64,000 nt of DNA from Candidatus Latescibacterota bacterium. GTDB lineage: Bacteria; Latescibacterota; UBA2968. The notes under the pieces are model-generated. The model ran no database searches. It saw nothing but the letters and a program-made list of their open reading frames with translations, and was not told the origin of the DNA. Shown here piece after piece: positions 1 to 10,195 of this stretch. The stretch covers positions 3,456,001-3,520,000 of the forward strand of contig OZ242311.1 of assembly GCA_965207885.1 (NCBI GenBank). The letters run 5' to 3'. Position numbers and translations under genes: made by a program. Within the stretch, counting starts at the first letter, position 1, and every line of letters starts with the position of its first letter.

Positions 1-566
1 AGTGCCCGCTTGAGATTGTGGATCGTCCCGCCTATCCAATTCGGATCGTACGTTCCACCTTTGGGCGGAACGTACGGGATATCGAGGTGGAGAACTACGG
101 GAAGACCCTTACTACCTGCGAACCGAAACATCTCAATACAGCGAGGATCATCGAATAATGTCTGGAACTTCCACTCCCCCAGCACCCGAATTCCGAAAAT
201 GTCGATCGCTCCCGATAGCTTCTGAATCGCCCTCGGATCCAGTGGATTGGGGCAGTACCCCGGAATCAATCGATCTGGATACCGACGGCAGGCCTCGATC
301 ACGCCGTCCAGCGGCAGCGTGGGCGCATTGTCATCACCACCTTTCCAGCGGGGATCATAAGGCGCCAGGTTCTTCGCGATAGAAGCCGGCCGCTCCGAAG
401 TCAACACCCAGGCCTTCTCTATACAGTACTGGTCCATATCGGCGATCAGCCCGGCGTCATCGCGACCGTGCCAAAAAACGTGCTGGTGGCTATCGATCAG
501 CTTCAAATCGGCGGCCCCCATCTGCTGGACATCGTCTGAAGGGATATGGGTCTGGATATTGGACAT
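1..566 (-). CDS. amidohydrolase_2 family metallo-hydrolase (3' end runs off window)
   Basis: Not in the ORF track. Manual translation from ATG 566: MSNIQTHIPS...LIDSHQHVFW (HxH motif)...YPDRLIPGYCPNP...GEWKF...GLPVVLHLD, open to position 1; AGGAG SD upstream. Confidence 0.8.
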   Translation of the reverse strand, partial: MSNIQTHIPSDDVQQMGAADLKLIDSHQHVFWHGRDDAGLIADMDQYCIEKAWVLTSERPASIAKNLAPYDPRWKGGDDNAPTLPLDGVIEACRRYPDRLIPGYCPNPLDPRAIQKLSGAIDIFGIRVLGEWKFQTLFDDPRCIEMFRFAGSKGLPVVLHLDIPYVPPKGGTYDPNWIGGTIHNLKRA

Positions 567-625
567 AGAACGCTCCTGAATCGGATTGCGGTTTTTCTGC
601 CATTAACCACTGTTCAGGGATTCCT

Positions 626-1903
626 TCAAGGGTGGTGCTCTCTCTCGTAAGTCAGGAGTTCATCGGCGGCCGAAGCCACCTTGTGGTAGGCATCCAGATA
701 CTGGTTGATCAGTTCCCTGCACTCCGTTTCGAGCCGGGGAGCCGCGCGGAAGGAATACTCCCTGAGATGTTCTGTCACCGGAAGTGGGCCATTTGCAAAC
801 TCCGGCGTATCCTGCCCCAACGCGCTCGATGCCGTGCGCTCTGTACCACAGGGGAATCCCTCCGTGAAAATCGGATTCCCGTGCAAATGTCCGTATCTCA
901 TTCTGCCGATACCCACGCCCTCTGCTGAGAGCGCCCGCAGGAAGGTCTCGATTGAAACACCTCCGAGCTTGTCCGGATCATACCGCATACAATGGCTATT
1001 GTACACGCGCCGGCAGCCCGGAAGCACTCGCTGAGGCACCACATCTGCCACATCTGCCAGCCCGGCGTCCAGGACCGCACCATTGCGGTCTCGAATTTCG
1101 TTCATCTTATCCAGGTGATGAAGTTGCTCGCGGGCGATTGCAATGCCCAGTGGGTGGGGACGGTATTTGAAACCCAACCCCGTGAAGGCAAAGCGTTTTA
1201 TCCCTGAATCCTCTCGAATTTCGGCACGCTTTTCCGGACGGCCCAGCACGATAGCCCGCTCGTACAGGTCGCGGTCGTTTGTCGTGAGCACACCGCCCTC
1301 CCCCGCCGCAACCAGCTTGGAACCCTGGCAACTGAAACAACCGACATCGCCTATTGAACCGACTTTCTTTCCCTGCCAGGTCGCCCCGTGGGCGTGCGAA
1401 CAGTCCTCAATCACGGCAATCCCCCGCGGGCGTGTCAGTTCCAAAATCGATTCCATATCCGCAGGATTACCCCAGACGTGGCAAACGACAATCGCACGGG
1501 TCCGCCCTGTAATCTTTCGCTCAATGTCGGTGGGATCCAGAGTCATCGTATCGCGATCTACATCGGCAAAAACAGTGACTCCTCCCATAGCCGGCACAGT
1601 CGTCGCTGTGGTAAGAAATGTGAAGGAAGGAACAATAACCTCATCGCCTGGCTCCACCCCCACCGCAAACAGAGCCGCTTGAAGCGCCGCCGTACCGCTG
1701 GTAAGCGCCAGCCCGTATTCACAACCGACGTAATCGGCGAACTCGCGCTCGAACTCGGCAACCGATGGTGAAATGGAAGTCTCGCCCTTACGCATCAGTT
1801 CCACCACCGCTGCAATCGCCTCCTCACTCACAGGGGGAACCGCGAATTTCCTTCTGTCGAGCCTTACCGCCTTAGGACCACCCGTCAATGCCAGCTTTCC
1901 CAT
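626..1903 (-). CDS. DegT/DnrJ/EryC1/StrS PLP-dependent aminotransferase
   Basis: SGTAAL, GDEVIVPSFTF, IEDCSHAHGA, FSCQGSKLVAAGEGG (PLP Lys); start 1903 chosen from SD spacing (track gives 1909). Confidence 0.92.
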   Translation of the reverse strand: MGKLALTGGPKAVRLDRRKFAVPPVSEEAIAAVVELMRKGETSISPSVAEFEREFADYVGCEYGLALTSGTAALQAALFAVGVEPGDEVIVPSFTFLTTATTVPAMGGVTVFADVDRDTMTLDPTDIERKITGRTRAIVVCHVWGNPADMESILELTRPRGIAVIEDCSHAHGATWQGKKVGSIGDVGCFSCQGSKLVAAGEGGVLTTNDRDLYERAIVLGRPEKRAEIREDSGIKRFAFTGLGFKYRPHPLGIAIAREQLHHLDKMNEIRDRNGAVLDAGLADVADVVPQRVLPGCRRVYNSHCMRYDPDKLGGVSIETFLRALSAEGVGIGRMRYGHLHGNPIFTEGFPCGTERTASSALGQDTPEFANGPLPVTEHLREYSFRAAPRLETECRELINQYLDAYHKVASAADELLTYEREHHP

Positions 1904-1937
1904 CAACATCTCCTTTCAATATGCTGAAACGCGAGCG

Positions 1938-2807
1938 TCAGGTCACAGTATCAGAAAGCCCCAACAACCCCAGAGTATCGCGGTACAGAATCTGATCCGG
2001 CAGGTCTTCTGGAAGCGGAGGCAACCGCATCTCCTGGGAAAGCCGGACCACCTGGTGCAACCCTTCTACTGTTTCCTCAAAAGTAGCCACAGGATAATCA
2101 GTTCCAAAGAGCAGTTTATCCACAACCCCGTATTCAACCGCCAGCCGCAGCGAGTTGTAAAACTGCCAGGGCCGGTAGAACAGACCCGAAATATCCGAAA
2201 ACACATTCGGCTGCTTCCGGATCAGGACAATAGTCTCCGCCTCCCAGGGATGCCCAAGATGGGCGATTATCATCTTCAGATCTGGAAACCGGAGCGCGAT
2301 CTCCTCCAGCAGAACGGGATTCGCATACTTCAACGGTGCCCTGCGCGGGAAAGTCGCTCCCTGATGGAACATGATGGGCAACCCGTACTCCTCTGCCCTG
2401 GCAAAAATGGCCAGCGCATTCGCATCCAATGGGTCCCACCCACCGTAAATCGGACTCATCTTCAGGCCCCGCAACCCCAGCTCTTTGACCGCGCGCTCTA
2501 CTTCCTCAAGGGCATTGTCTTCAGTCGGGCAGATCGCAGCGAAACCAATGAGCTTTTCCGGATGGGTGCGCACGTAATCTGCAACCGTATCGTTGACAGT
2601 AAAAAAGCCAGTCAGCGGTGCCCGCAACCCGAACACGATAGCGCGATCCACCTCTGCTACGGCTGCCATGTGCATATCGGGTGTAATATCCAGATCTACC
2701 TCCTTATTGCGCATAATAAAAGTCTCGCGCGCCAATTCATCGGTCAACTCACCCGGATAGCGCCAGAGGTGTGTGTGGCAGTCCACCCGATAGCCTTTCT
2801 TAGACAT
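1938..2807 (-). CDS. amidohydrolase_2 family protein
   Basis: DCHTH, LGLRGLK, PIMFHQG, IAHLGHP, LLFGTDYP. Confidence 0.9.
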   Translation of the reverse strand: MSKKGYRVDCHTHLWRYPGELTDELARETFIMRNKEVDLDITPDMHMAAVAEVDRAIVFGLRAPLTGFFTVNDTVADYVRTHPEKLIGFAAICPTEDNALEEVERAVKELGLRGLKMSPIYGGWDPLDANALAIFARAEEYGLPIMFHQGATFPRRAPLKYANPVLLEEIALRFPDLKMIIAHLGHPWEAETIVLIRKQPNVFSDISGLFYRPWQFYNSLRLAVEYGVVDKLLFGTDYPVATFEETVEGLHQVVRLSQEMRLPPLPEDLPDQILYRDTLGLLGLSDTVT

Positions 2808-2852
2808 CGATTCTCCTTTTTCGTTTATCTGCGGTTTTCTGATCCTACAAAC

Positions 2853-3407
2853 CTACAGATCCTTCAGCATCCACACGAGGTCGGATGTCCCTCTTGGCGC
2901 AAGATCCGAGCGGATCCAATCCGGAAACCGCCCGATTTCTCGATAGCCCATGCTGGTATAGAGGTGGTAACCGCGCTCGTTGGCACTCCAGACCGTCAGA
3001 TCAATCCGCTGTTTGCCGAGTCGGCGCGCCTCGTCCTCTAACGCACTCATCAGCCGCCTGCCGATCCCTTTATCTCGAAAATCCTTGAGAATCAGTAGCC
3101 CCAGGGTAATCGAACCGTCCCCGTTAGAGCGCTGAAGCGTTCCCTCTCCCACGATCCGCCCATCTGTATCCACGACCAGCAGCACACCTGCGCCGCAGGC
3201 CATGTCCGTAAGTCTCCCGCCGAGTGCTTCTCCTGCGACCCGGATATCGGCGTTCCTCGGACTCGCCATCACCTGCTCCTTATACAACTCGCGGTGCATC
3301 GCTCCATAGGATGCCAGATCGCTCCATTGCGCCGTGCGCATCACGTATTCCCCGCCGTCAACGCTCCATTGCTCGATCAGACGTCCTTCATCAGTACCGA
3401 ATTTCAT
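2853..3407 (-). CDS. GNAT N-acetyltransferase
   Basis: FRDKGIGRRL acetyl-CoA motif A; N..G..LY...GY motif B. Confidence 0.88.
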   Translation of the reverse strand: MKFGTDEGRLIEQWSVDGGEYVMRTAQWSDLASYGAMHRELYKEQVMASPRNADIRVAGEALGGRLTDMACGAGVLLVVDTDGRIVGEGTLQRSNGDGSITLGLLILKDFRDKGIGRRLMSALEDEARRLGKQRIDLTVWSANERGYHLYTSMGYREIGRFPDWIRSDLAPRGTSDLVWMLKDL

Positions 3408-4570
3408 TCTCTTTCTCTCCGCATATCCAGCCTGGAAGCTTCCGGTCGGTAACGGTATTTTTCCTCCAGCTCTTTCGGAAGTTCTACTCCCAGTCCAGGC
3501 GTTGTTGGAGGATAAACCATCCCGTCTTCAATCCGCGGTTTTTCCACAAATAGCGCGTCTGTGAGCGGAAAATGCCAGGTCGGATACTCGGCAAGCACGG
3601 TATTGGGCGTGACAAATGCCCAGGCCAGGTTGGCAGCGACCGTAATCGAAGTCCCCCAGGCGTGGGGTGCCACTTTTACACCACACGCATCGGCCATCGC
3701 AGCTATCTTTATACACTCTAAGATGCCCCCTGCCTGGCACGCATCCGGCTGGGCCACGTCCAGTGCCTGACGCTCAAAAAAATGTTTGAACTCATACCGC
3801 ATGCACGAACTCTCACCGCCCGAAATGGGAATACAGGTATTTCGACGGACATGGGCATAGCCCTCGTAGTCCGCCGCAAAACAAGGCTCCTCCAGCCAGA
3901 ACAAATCGTAAGGCTCTAAAGCCTTTGCTACCCGCACCGCTTCCGCCGCTGTCCACGGATCCGGATTGTGTCCCATCACCGCGTCCGCCATCAGCTTCAC
4001 CTCTGGCCCCAGCACCTCTCGGCATGCAGCTATCCGTTCCAGATCGTGTTCACGATTCACGCCAATCCGCATCTTCACAGCTCGAAACCCCGCTTCACGA
4101 TGCGCTCTCATCTCTGCTTTCAGATCCTCCAGAGGCTGTTCCAGACCGCCGCTGGCATAAATTGGCAGCTTCTCGTGGCACAGCCCTCCCAGCAGACGGT
4201 ACACCGGCACACTGGCCGCTTTCCCCGCAATATCCCACAGGGCGTTCTCCAACGCACTGGCCGCTGCTACTGCCAGCCCGGACCGACCCCAGTACAGGAT
4301 GCGACGGTACATCATCTCGTAACACCCGGCCACGTCTCGTGGGTCTTTGCCCCGGAGAAACTGCCCGAACAGGCGGAACAACTCAGCCGTGGCTTCACCC
4401 GCGACAAACCCCGGCCCGTAGCAATCTCCCAGACCGGTGACGCCTTCGTCGGTATGCACCCGCACCAGCGCGCAGTTTACGCTGTCTGTTTCTCCTCCCG
4501 ACCATCGCAAAGGATGCTCTTCCGGCATATCAACCGTGAGCAGGATGGGTTTCACCTCAGTGATCTTCAT
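3404..4570 (-). CDS. mandelate racemase/muconate lactonizing enzyme family (acid-sugar dehydratase/isomerase-like)
   Basis: ALWDIAGK, PVYRLLGG, KMR, metal ligands D / EEP / GES, QPD, PH. Confidence 0.92.
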   Translation of the reverse strand: MKITEVKPILLTVDMPEEHPLRWSGGETDSVNCALVRVHTDEGVTGLGDCYGPGFVAGEATAELFRLFGQFLRGKDPRDVAGCYEMMYRRILYWGRSGLAVAAASALENALWDIAGKAASVPVYRLLGGLCHEKLPIYASGGLEQPLEDLKAEMRAHREAGFRAVKMRIGVNREHDLERIAACREVLGPEVKLMADAVMGHNPDPWTAAEAVRVAKALEPYDLFWLEEPCFAADYEGYAHVRRNTCIPISGGESSCMRYEFKHFFERQALDVAQPDACQAGGILECIKIAAMADACGVKVAPHAWGTSITVAANLAWAFVTPNTVLAEYPTWHFPLTDALFVEKPRIEDGMVYPPTTPGLGVELPKELEEKYRYRPEASRLDMRRERE

Positions 4571-4599
4571 CGGTCATTTCTCCTATCTGACACAGATTT

Positions 4600-5895
4600 C
4601 TAATTTCCCGCATGGAGAACAACAGCACTCGCAAACAGATCTTCAAGACCCGGCTTCAATGGCCCGGACCATAACTTGGGCAGATAGCTACCGGTCTCGT
4701 ACCCCCCGCGCTTCATCTCCTCTGTATCGGGGGTATAACCAACACAGCCATTCGTATATCCCAGAAGAACCGCCTGCGCTGGCGCAACTATCTCCTCAAC
4801 TGTCCTCGCCAGGCCACAAAGCGGCTCTACATCCAGACCGATCAAAGCCAGATCCCGGTTCAACCACAGCGTCTGAACCTGAAACGCCACCTGATCAGGA
4901 ATCTCTTCTCCCATATCCAGACGCTCCAGACCCGCTTTCGCATACTGCTGCAGAAGTCCGCCTTCACCCTTCAAAGATTCGAGTTGTTCGCGAGTAGTAT
5001 ATTGCTTCTCACATGGAGCCTGCACAACGTTAATCTTCCCTTGCAGCGTCAGATTATCTATCGGACGGAGATTCATTCCTGTGAGGATCGCCAGGGTCTC
5101 AGCCAGCAGTTCATCGCCAATCTTAGCGAGTTCGGCGTGCTTCATCGCCCGCCAGTGGTCTCCTTCGGCCACATGTCGAGGGCGTGCATCTGCACCCGCC
5201 CCTTGCAGGAAAAACGGGATCACATCCAGGCCAAACACACTGGAAAACGCCGCACGCCATGCCCCCGGCCAATCTGCTGTGATCAAATGTTGCGCACCTG
5301 TGGCAACGGGATGGCACGATACCTTGATCCCTACCGCCGCCGCTTCTCCCGTGGCCTTTCTGAAAAGCAGAAGCTGCATCCGGTCATCTACCGGACCATC
5401 TGGATTCGGCGCATTCACAACCCGGCTATCCCGCTCCGGACGCCGGTTCATCGGTACCCGCGTCTTCCCCTCCCCATACCAGAGGCTCCCTTCCATCAGA
5501 TTGTCCGCTGCCTCGCGGGCGGCCTCCAGTACCTGCGCGTAAAGCTGATCCCTGTATTCTTCTACCGTTCTCGAAGGAAAGTCTCTCCTATACAGAGAAT
5601 AACCCGGTATCCTCGGCCCCCCGTGGGTATGCGAGGCATTGAGCATCACGTTGTCCGCCGGACATCCAATCGCCTTCCCAACCTGCTCCAGAAAGCCCGG
5701 CACACTTCCGTCATTCGGAAATGTGCAGATGTCCGCAGCACCCAATAGTGCACGCTGTTCTCCCTCTTCCATCACAATCGCTGTAAACGTCAGAGGATCG
5801 TTCACCCCATCGTTCGTATCTCGCCTTGCTGCGTACCCGTGCATATGAGTGTAAAGCGGCGGGGTAATATCCCTGCGGCCAATTCCAAAACGCAT
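4600..5895 (-). CDS. neutral/alkaline ceramidase N-terminal-like hydrolase, paralog 1
   Basis: DITPP..M.GY..R, NASHTHGGP, SCHP, QGAGAD, GYTNG..GY.P...GGYE. Confidence 0.75.
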   Translation of the reverse strand: MRFGIGRRDITPPLYTHMHGYAARRDTNDGVNDPLTFTAIVMEEGEQRALLGAADICTFPNDGSVPGFLEQVGKAIGCPADNVMLNASHTHGGPRIPGYSLYRRDFPSRTVEEYRDQLYAQVLEAAREAADNLMEGSLWYGEGKTRVPMNRRPERDSRVVNAPNPDGPVDDRMQLLLFRKATGEAAAVGIKVSCHPVATGAQHLITADWPGAWRAAFSSVFGLDVIPFFLQGAGADARPRHVAEGDHWRAMKHAELAKIGDELLAETLAILTGMNLRPIDNLTLQGKINVVQAPCEKQYTTREQLESLKGEGGLLQQYAKAGLERLDMGEEIPDQVAFQVQTLWLNRDLALIGLDVEPLCGLARTVEEIVAPAQAVLLGYTNGCVGYTPDTEEMKRGGYETGSYLPKLWSGPLKPGLEDLFASAVVLHAGN

Positions 5896-5917
5896 GGCAT
5901 TTTCTCCTTGTGTATTG

Positions 5918-7174
5918 TCATCCAGACTCTTTCACCACAGCGTCAGACAGGAACTTCTCAAGGCCAGGTTCAGGAGGCCCCGACCATCCCCTAAAAAGAT
6001 AGGTACCGATCTCCGTGCCACCGCCGCGTTCTGTCTCCTTTCCATCCATTGCATAGCCAACGCAGCCATTCGTATATCCCAAGAACAACGCCTGCCTGGG
6101 GGCAACGGAATCCTCTATGACCCGGCCCAGAGCGTGGAGTGGCTCGGCGTCGAGGCCGATCAGGGCGAATTCCCGGTTCAACCAGAGGGTCTGAACGTGA
6201 AACTCCGCATGGGCTGTAACTTCCTCTCCTGCATTGAGATACTGCAGACATTTCTCTGCATAGGAACCTAATCTTCCATCCCGATCCCTCAGCAACTCGA
6301 TCTCCTCTCGCGTGGTATAAAGCCTCTGGCAAGGCGCCTCAACCCGATTGATCTTGCCCATAAGCGTCAGATTGTCGATCTGCTTGAAGTCCGCCTCCAG
6401 AAGGATCTTCAACATCTCCCTCAAAAGTTCCTGGCCCATGCCGGGAAGTTCGGCGTGCTTCATCGCCCGCCAGTGATTTTCTTCGGCTACATGTCGGGGC
6501 CGTATATCTCCGCCCGCTCCCTGCAGGAAAAACGGCGTCACATCCGGGCCAAACGCTCTTGAGAAGGCAGTTCTCCAGGCCCCGGGATACTCCGCTGTCA
6601 GCAGGTGCTGTGCCCCCGTGGCAACCGGATGGCACGCCACGGACATCCCGAGTGCAGCGATCTCCCCTGTTGGTTTCCTGAAGACCAGAAGCCGCATGCG
6701 ATCATCTACCGTACCCCCTGGATTGGGCGCATTCACGACCTGCCCATCCCGCTCCAGGCGACGATTCAACGGCAAACTCGTCTTGCCTTCGCCGTACCAC
6801 AACGTCCCTTCACTCGCATTCTCCGAAGCCTCCTGAGCCGCTTCGCGGACCTTTTCGTACAACCACTCCCTGTATCGCTCGTCCGACACCGTCGCGGCCC
6901 CGTGAGAATGGGAACAGTTCAGCATGATATGGTCTCTCGGACACCCGACGATCTCTCCGAGTTGGTCTATAAAGCTGGACAACTCATCGAGCCTCGGAAA
7001 TGTACCCAGATCCGCAGCACCCAACAACGCACGGCGTTTTCCCTCTTCCAGCACAATCGCTGTGAACGTCAACGGGTCGTTGACGTCTTCGTAGAGGTCC
7101 ACCCGCGCACCATACCCGTACATTCTTGTGCGAAACGGAGGAACGATATCCCTACAGGCAATTCCAAAACGCAT
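5918..7174 (-). CDS. neutral/alkaline ceramidase N-terminal-like hydrolase, paralog 2
   Basis: Same motifs (SHSHGA, ACHP, QGAGGD, GYTNG); start MRFGIA follows GGAGGAG. Confidence 0.75.
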   Translation of the reverse strand: MRFGIACRDIVPPFRTRMYGYGARVDLYEDVNDPLTFTAIVLEEGKRRALLGAADLGTFPRLDELSSFIDQLGEIVGCPRDHIMLNCSHSHGAATVSDERYREWLYEKVREAAQEASENASEGTLWYGEGKTSLPLNRRLERDGQVVNAPNPGGTVDDRMRLLVFRKPTGEIAALGMSVACHPVATGAQHLLTAEYPGAWRTAFSRAFGPDVTPFFLQGAGGDIRPRHVAEENHWRAMKHAELPGMGQELLREMLKILLEADFKQIDNLTLMGKINRVEAPCQRLYTTREEIELLRDRDGRLGSYAEKCLQYLNAGEEVTAHAEFHVQTLWLNREFALIGLDAEPLHALGRVIEDSVAPRQALFLGYTNGCVGYAMDGKETERGGGTEIGTYLFRGWSGPPEPGLEKFLSDAVVKESG

Positions 7175-7270
7175 TGCAATCTCCTCCTGCAAAAAATCCT
7201 GCGAGCGACGTAAGAACGAATGGCAGAGACAACCCCGGTACGCTCTGACTTATCCGAGTAACTCCGCGCT

Positions 7271-8983
7271 TTATACACTGCCATAAATAACACTAATCGA
7301 CATAGCCGTTCTCCCGACCGGTACAGACACAAGCGCGAAGGCCTCACCATATCGGCGGACCGTCTGCCACCCGGAACTCTCCCCATCCAGCTTTATCTCT
7401 ACGAGAGATCCCTCCGAGTCTTTCACTGGAATCGCAAGACAAAGCGCATCGTGTGATCGTTCACCCTCAAGCGTAAATTGCAGCCTGCATCCCTGCCGGG
7501 CCATCCCGTTGAACCGCCACGTATCGCGCGCCTCCCAGAATGCCAGCCACTGATCAAAAGACCAGATTGGGAATCGCCTCTCATTAGCCTGGCGAAGCAA
7601 TTCCCGTCCTTGAGGCCGGGAGAACCTCACCCAGTTGCCGGGGTGGATGCACACGCCGAAGGGCGTGTGAAAGCGGGTCTCGATATCCGTGAAAATCCGA
7701 TCCAGCACAGCCACAAAGACCTGCGGCGACAGCCGGTAGGAATAGTCTGCTGTCCCGAACATAATATCGTCTGCAAGCTGCGTGTGTTGCTGAAAGACAT
7801 TGAGCACCCGACCATCCGGCCAGCAGAAACGCATCGGCATAGCGCCTCCAAACGCGGCATACGGCGCATCTTCTCGGCCATACCCATACGTCCCGGAAAA
7901 ATAATTCCCATCCATACCCACACCCAGTTTCTCCATAACCTCCACAGGTTCCAGATACCCGGCCCAGGCTGTGCAGTGATTGCGCAGAGATCGCGCGGGT
8001 GTATCGAACTGGTCTTGAAACATTCGGATCTGCCGCTCGAATTCTGTGAGACGTTCCGATATAGAGCATCCGTCCAGCGGCCGAAGATTCGGATGCGGTC
8101 CCACATCGTGCTGAACGCGGTACCTCTCCACGTCCGACACCGTAGATTTTGTCCGGTTCGGAATAATATAGAGATTCATGCGCCCGCCTGCCGCTGCCAC
8201 ACACTCGAATTCCGCATCATTGCTCGCCACGTCCGCATTATCTTCGTCACCGGAGTAAAGGAGGATGCCGGGTGCCATCCCCGGCAGATGCGACAGGATC
8301 GGCACTGGACCCGGCAGATAACGCCGCACTGTATCCACAAACAGCCTGGAAAGCAGGTCGGCAAAGGGAACCCAGCCGGAGTCTGAAGGCCCGATATTGA
8401 TCGCAAGACTGGATGGACGGGCGCACCCGGTGCCCTCGGGAATCACCTCGGCGAGGTTCGGATCACCCTGCCGCAGCAACAGGACGCAGAGAGCCAGATC
8501 AAACGCGAACCCCACGATTCTCCCTTGCCCAACCGTTGTTTCTGTAACCCCGACGCTTTCTCCCTCATAGCGGTCTGTATCTGTATATGAAAAATAGCCC
8601 AACACCTGAACCCCGGGCGCTGGGCTATAGTTATTTGCATGACCCACGATTGGAAATCGCTCTCCCGCCATGCCCGCAGCCGGGTACGCGGTAACGCGCA
8701 GCCGCAGTGGCACGTCCTTTTCCCCCTCATACACAAGCCCGGCTGCCTCGGCCAGAGGACCCTCGGGAAGAAAGCAGATCACTGTCCCACCCCGGCGCGC
8801 AAAATCGACCAGAGAACTACTACTTTGAGACGCAGGACAAACCACCACTGGCGCATCTTCGGGATCCAGCTCTGAAATCCGATCCGGTCCCACCATCTCG
8901 TACAGGACCAATCCCCACGTATTGAACATCTCTGCGAGGTAAGACGAAAGATCTGGTCCGTCAGATAAGATGCCGACACGCAT
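7271..8983 (-). CDS. hypothetical protein, probable polysaccharide-deacetylase-like barrel domain
   Basis: 570 aa in operon; GDED, VGPHP, RNH, IHP resemble NodB-like metal sites. Confidence 0.5.
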   Translation of the reverse strand: MRVGILSDGPDLSSYLAEMFNTWGLVLYEMVGPDRISELDPEDAPVVVCPASQSSSSLVDFARRGGTVICFLPEGPLAEAAGLVYEGEKDVPLRLRVTAYPAAGMAGERFPIVGHANNYSPAPGVQVLGYFSYTDTDRYEGESVGVTETTVGQGRIVGFAFDLALCVLLLRQGDPNLAEVIPEGTGCARPSSLAINIGPSDSGWVPFADLLSRLFVDTVRRYLPGPVPILSHLPGMAPGILLYSGDEDNADVASNDAEFECVAAAGGRMNLYIIPNRTKSTVSDVERYRVQHDVGPHPNLRPLDGCSISERLTEFERQIRMFQDQFDTPARSLRNHCTAWAGYLEPVEVMEKLGVGMDGNYFSGTYGYGREDAPYAAFGGAMPMRFCWPDGRVLNVFQQHTQLADDIMFGTADYSYRLSPQVFVAVLDRIFTDIETRFHTPFGVCIHPGNWVRFSRPQGRELLRQANERRFPIWSFDQWLAFWEARDTWRFNGMARQGCRLQFTLEGERSHDALCLAIPVKDSEGSLVEIKLDGESSGWQTVRRYGEAFALVSVPVGRTAMSISVIYGSV

Positions 8984-8985
8984 GC

Positions 8986-10161
8986 TCAGACTCCTTCTGG
9001 CATCTGCCCGGGAGCCCGCGACCCGTTCGGACGAAAATCGGGAACTTTCATCAGTTCAGTTCCCCGGGCAATGGACTCCGCAGCCAGAACTGCAGGTGCC
9101 GCCGTCTCCATCGCCCTGTACACATCGAATTCCAGAGGTTTATTTCCAACCACGGCATTCCAAAAAGCAGTGTGGACGTAATAGTCTGCATCCCCGTGAC
9201 CGCTGCCGTGCGCCTCTGCAGGCGCGTCAGTGCGCTCGAACTTCCAGTCCACTTCAGCCAGATCGTGCATCTGGGAATCCGCCAGCCATATCAGGGGGCG
9301 CCCCTTTTCTGACCGCTTCCACTCCACGCATCCCCTCGTCCCAATGATCTGGTACCAGTGATGTCCTCTGCGGCTCGGGATCTTCTGAGTAAACCCGGTC
9401 GCCATCCGCAACAGCCTGTCTTTCTCCGTCTTCATCAAGGCGACCTGAATATCTGGTTGATCAATCTCTGGATGCGAATAGCTGGGCGACGCGGTACTCA
9501 TCGCCGTCACCTCAATGACACGGTCGTCCAGAACCTTCAGCATCGGACTCAACTCGTGCGGAAGATAGTGAATCGGCGGCATCACATGCAGCCACGTAGG
9601 CTCTGCCTCTGGGTACGCCGAAAGCTCTTCCACGCTGCACTGCTCGCCTGTCTTATAGTCCTGAAAAAACTGACGCGTGCCGTAATAGCCGATATACTGC
9701 CCCTCGCAATAAGTCACCCGCCCCAACCGTCCCTCAGCCACCAGGTCTCGCCAGGCATCGACAAATCCCCAGTAGCGCGTCTGTTCCGCAAGCTGATAGA
9801 CCCGTCCCGTGTGTTCCGCCGCCGTCACAATCCGCCAGCAATCCTCCATTGTATGCGCGGCGGGAACCTCCATATTCACATGCTTGCCAGCCTCCAGAGC
9901 CTGCGCCGCCATCGCCCCCTGATCCTTCCGACGAACGACCAGACCGACTGCGTCCATATCCTCATAGGCCAGAAAATCCTCGTAATCGCTGAAAACCCTG
10001 ACATCGTTTCGGTACTCGATCAGAGACAGCGCCCGATCGTGCAGCGGTTCAATCCAGTCGTAGAGTGCGGTAATGCGGTAGCCCGGTATCTTTAGCAAGG
10101 TATTGATCCAGTGCCGGGAACGATGGCCCAATCCGGCAATGCCGATGCGTATTTCATCCAT
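8986..10161 (-). CDS. Gfo/Idh/MocA family oxidoreductase
   Basis: IRIGIAGLGHR; ALEAGKHVNMEVP (EKP variant). Confidence 0.9.
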   Translation of the reverse strand: MDEIRIGIAGLGHRSRHWINTLLKIPGYRITALYDWIEPLHDRALSLIEYRNDVRVFSDYEDFLAYEDMDAVGLVVRRKDQGAMAAQALEAGKHVNMEVPAAHTMEDCWRIVTAAEHTGRVYQLAEQTRYWGFVDAWRDLVAEGRLGRVTYCEGQYIGYYGTRQFFQDYKTGEQCSVEELSAYPEAEPTWLHVMPPIHYLPHELSPMLKVLDDRVIEVTAMSTASPSYSHPEIDQPDIQVALMKTEKDRLLRMATGFTQKIPSRRGHHWYQIIGTRGCVEWKRSEKGRPLIWLADSQMHDLAEVDWKFERTDAPAEAHGSGHGDADYYVHTAFWNAVVGNKPLEFDVYRAMETAAPAVLAAESIARGTELMKVPDFRPNGSRAPGQMPEGV

Positions 10162-10195
10162 CTCTCACCCTCTTCTTTTCAGAGACCCGCGAGGC

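Noticed and set aside
1-566. Apparent frameshifts/pseudogene in the edge amidohydrolase
   Set aside because: Careful retranslation shows one open frame; it is missing from the track only because it runs off the window.
1773-3041. 422-aa plus-strand ORF
   Set aside because: Antisense shadow of the amidohydrolase and neighbouring genes; no motifs.
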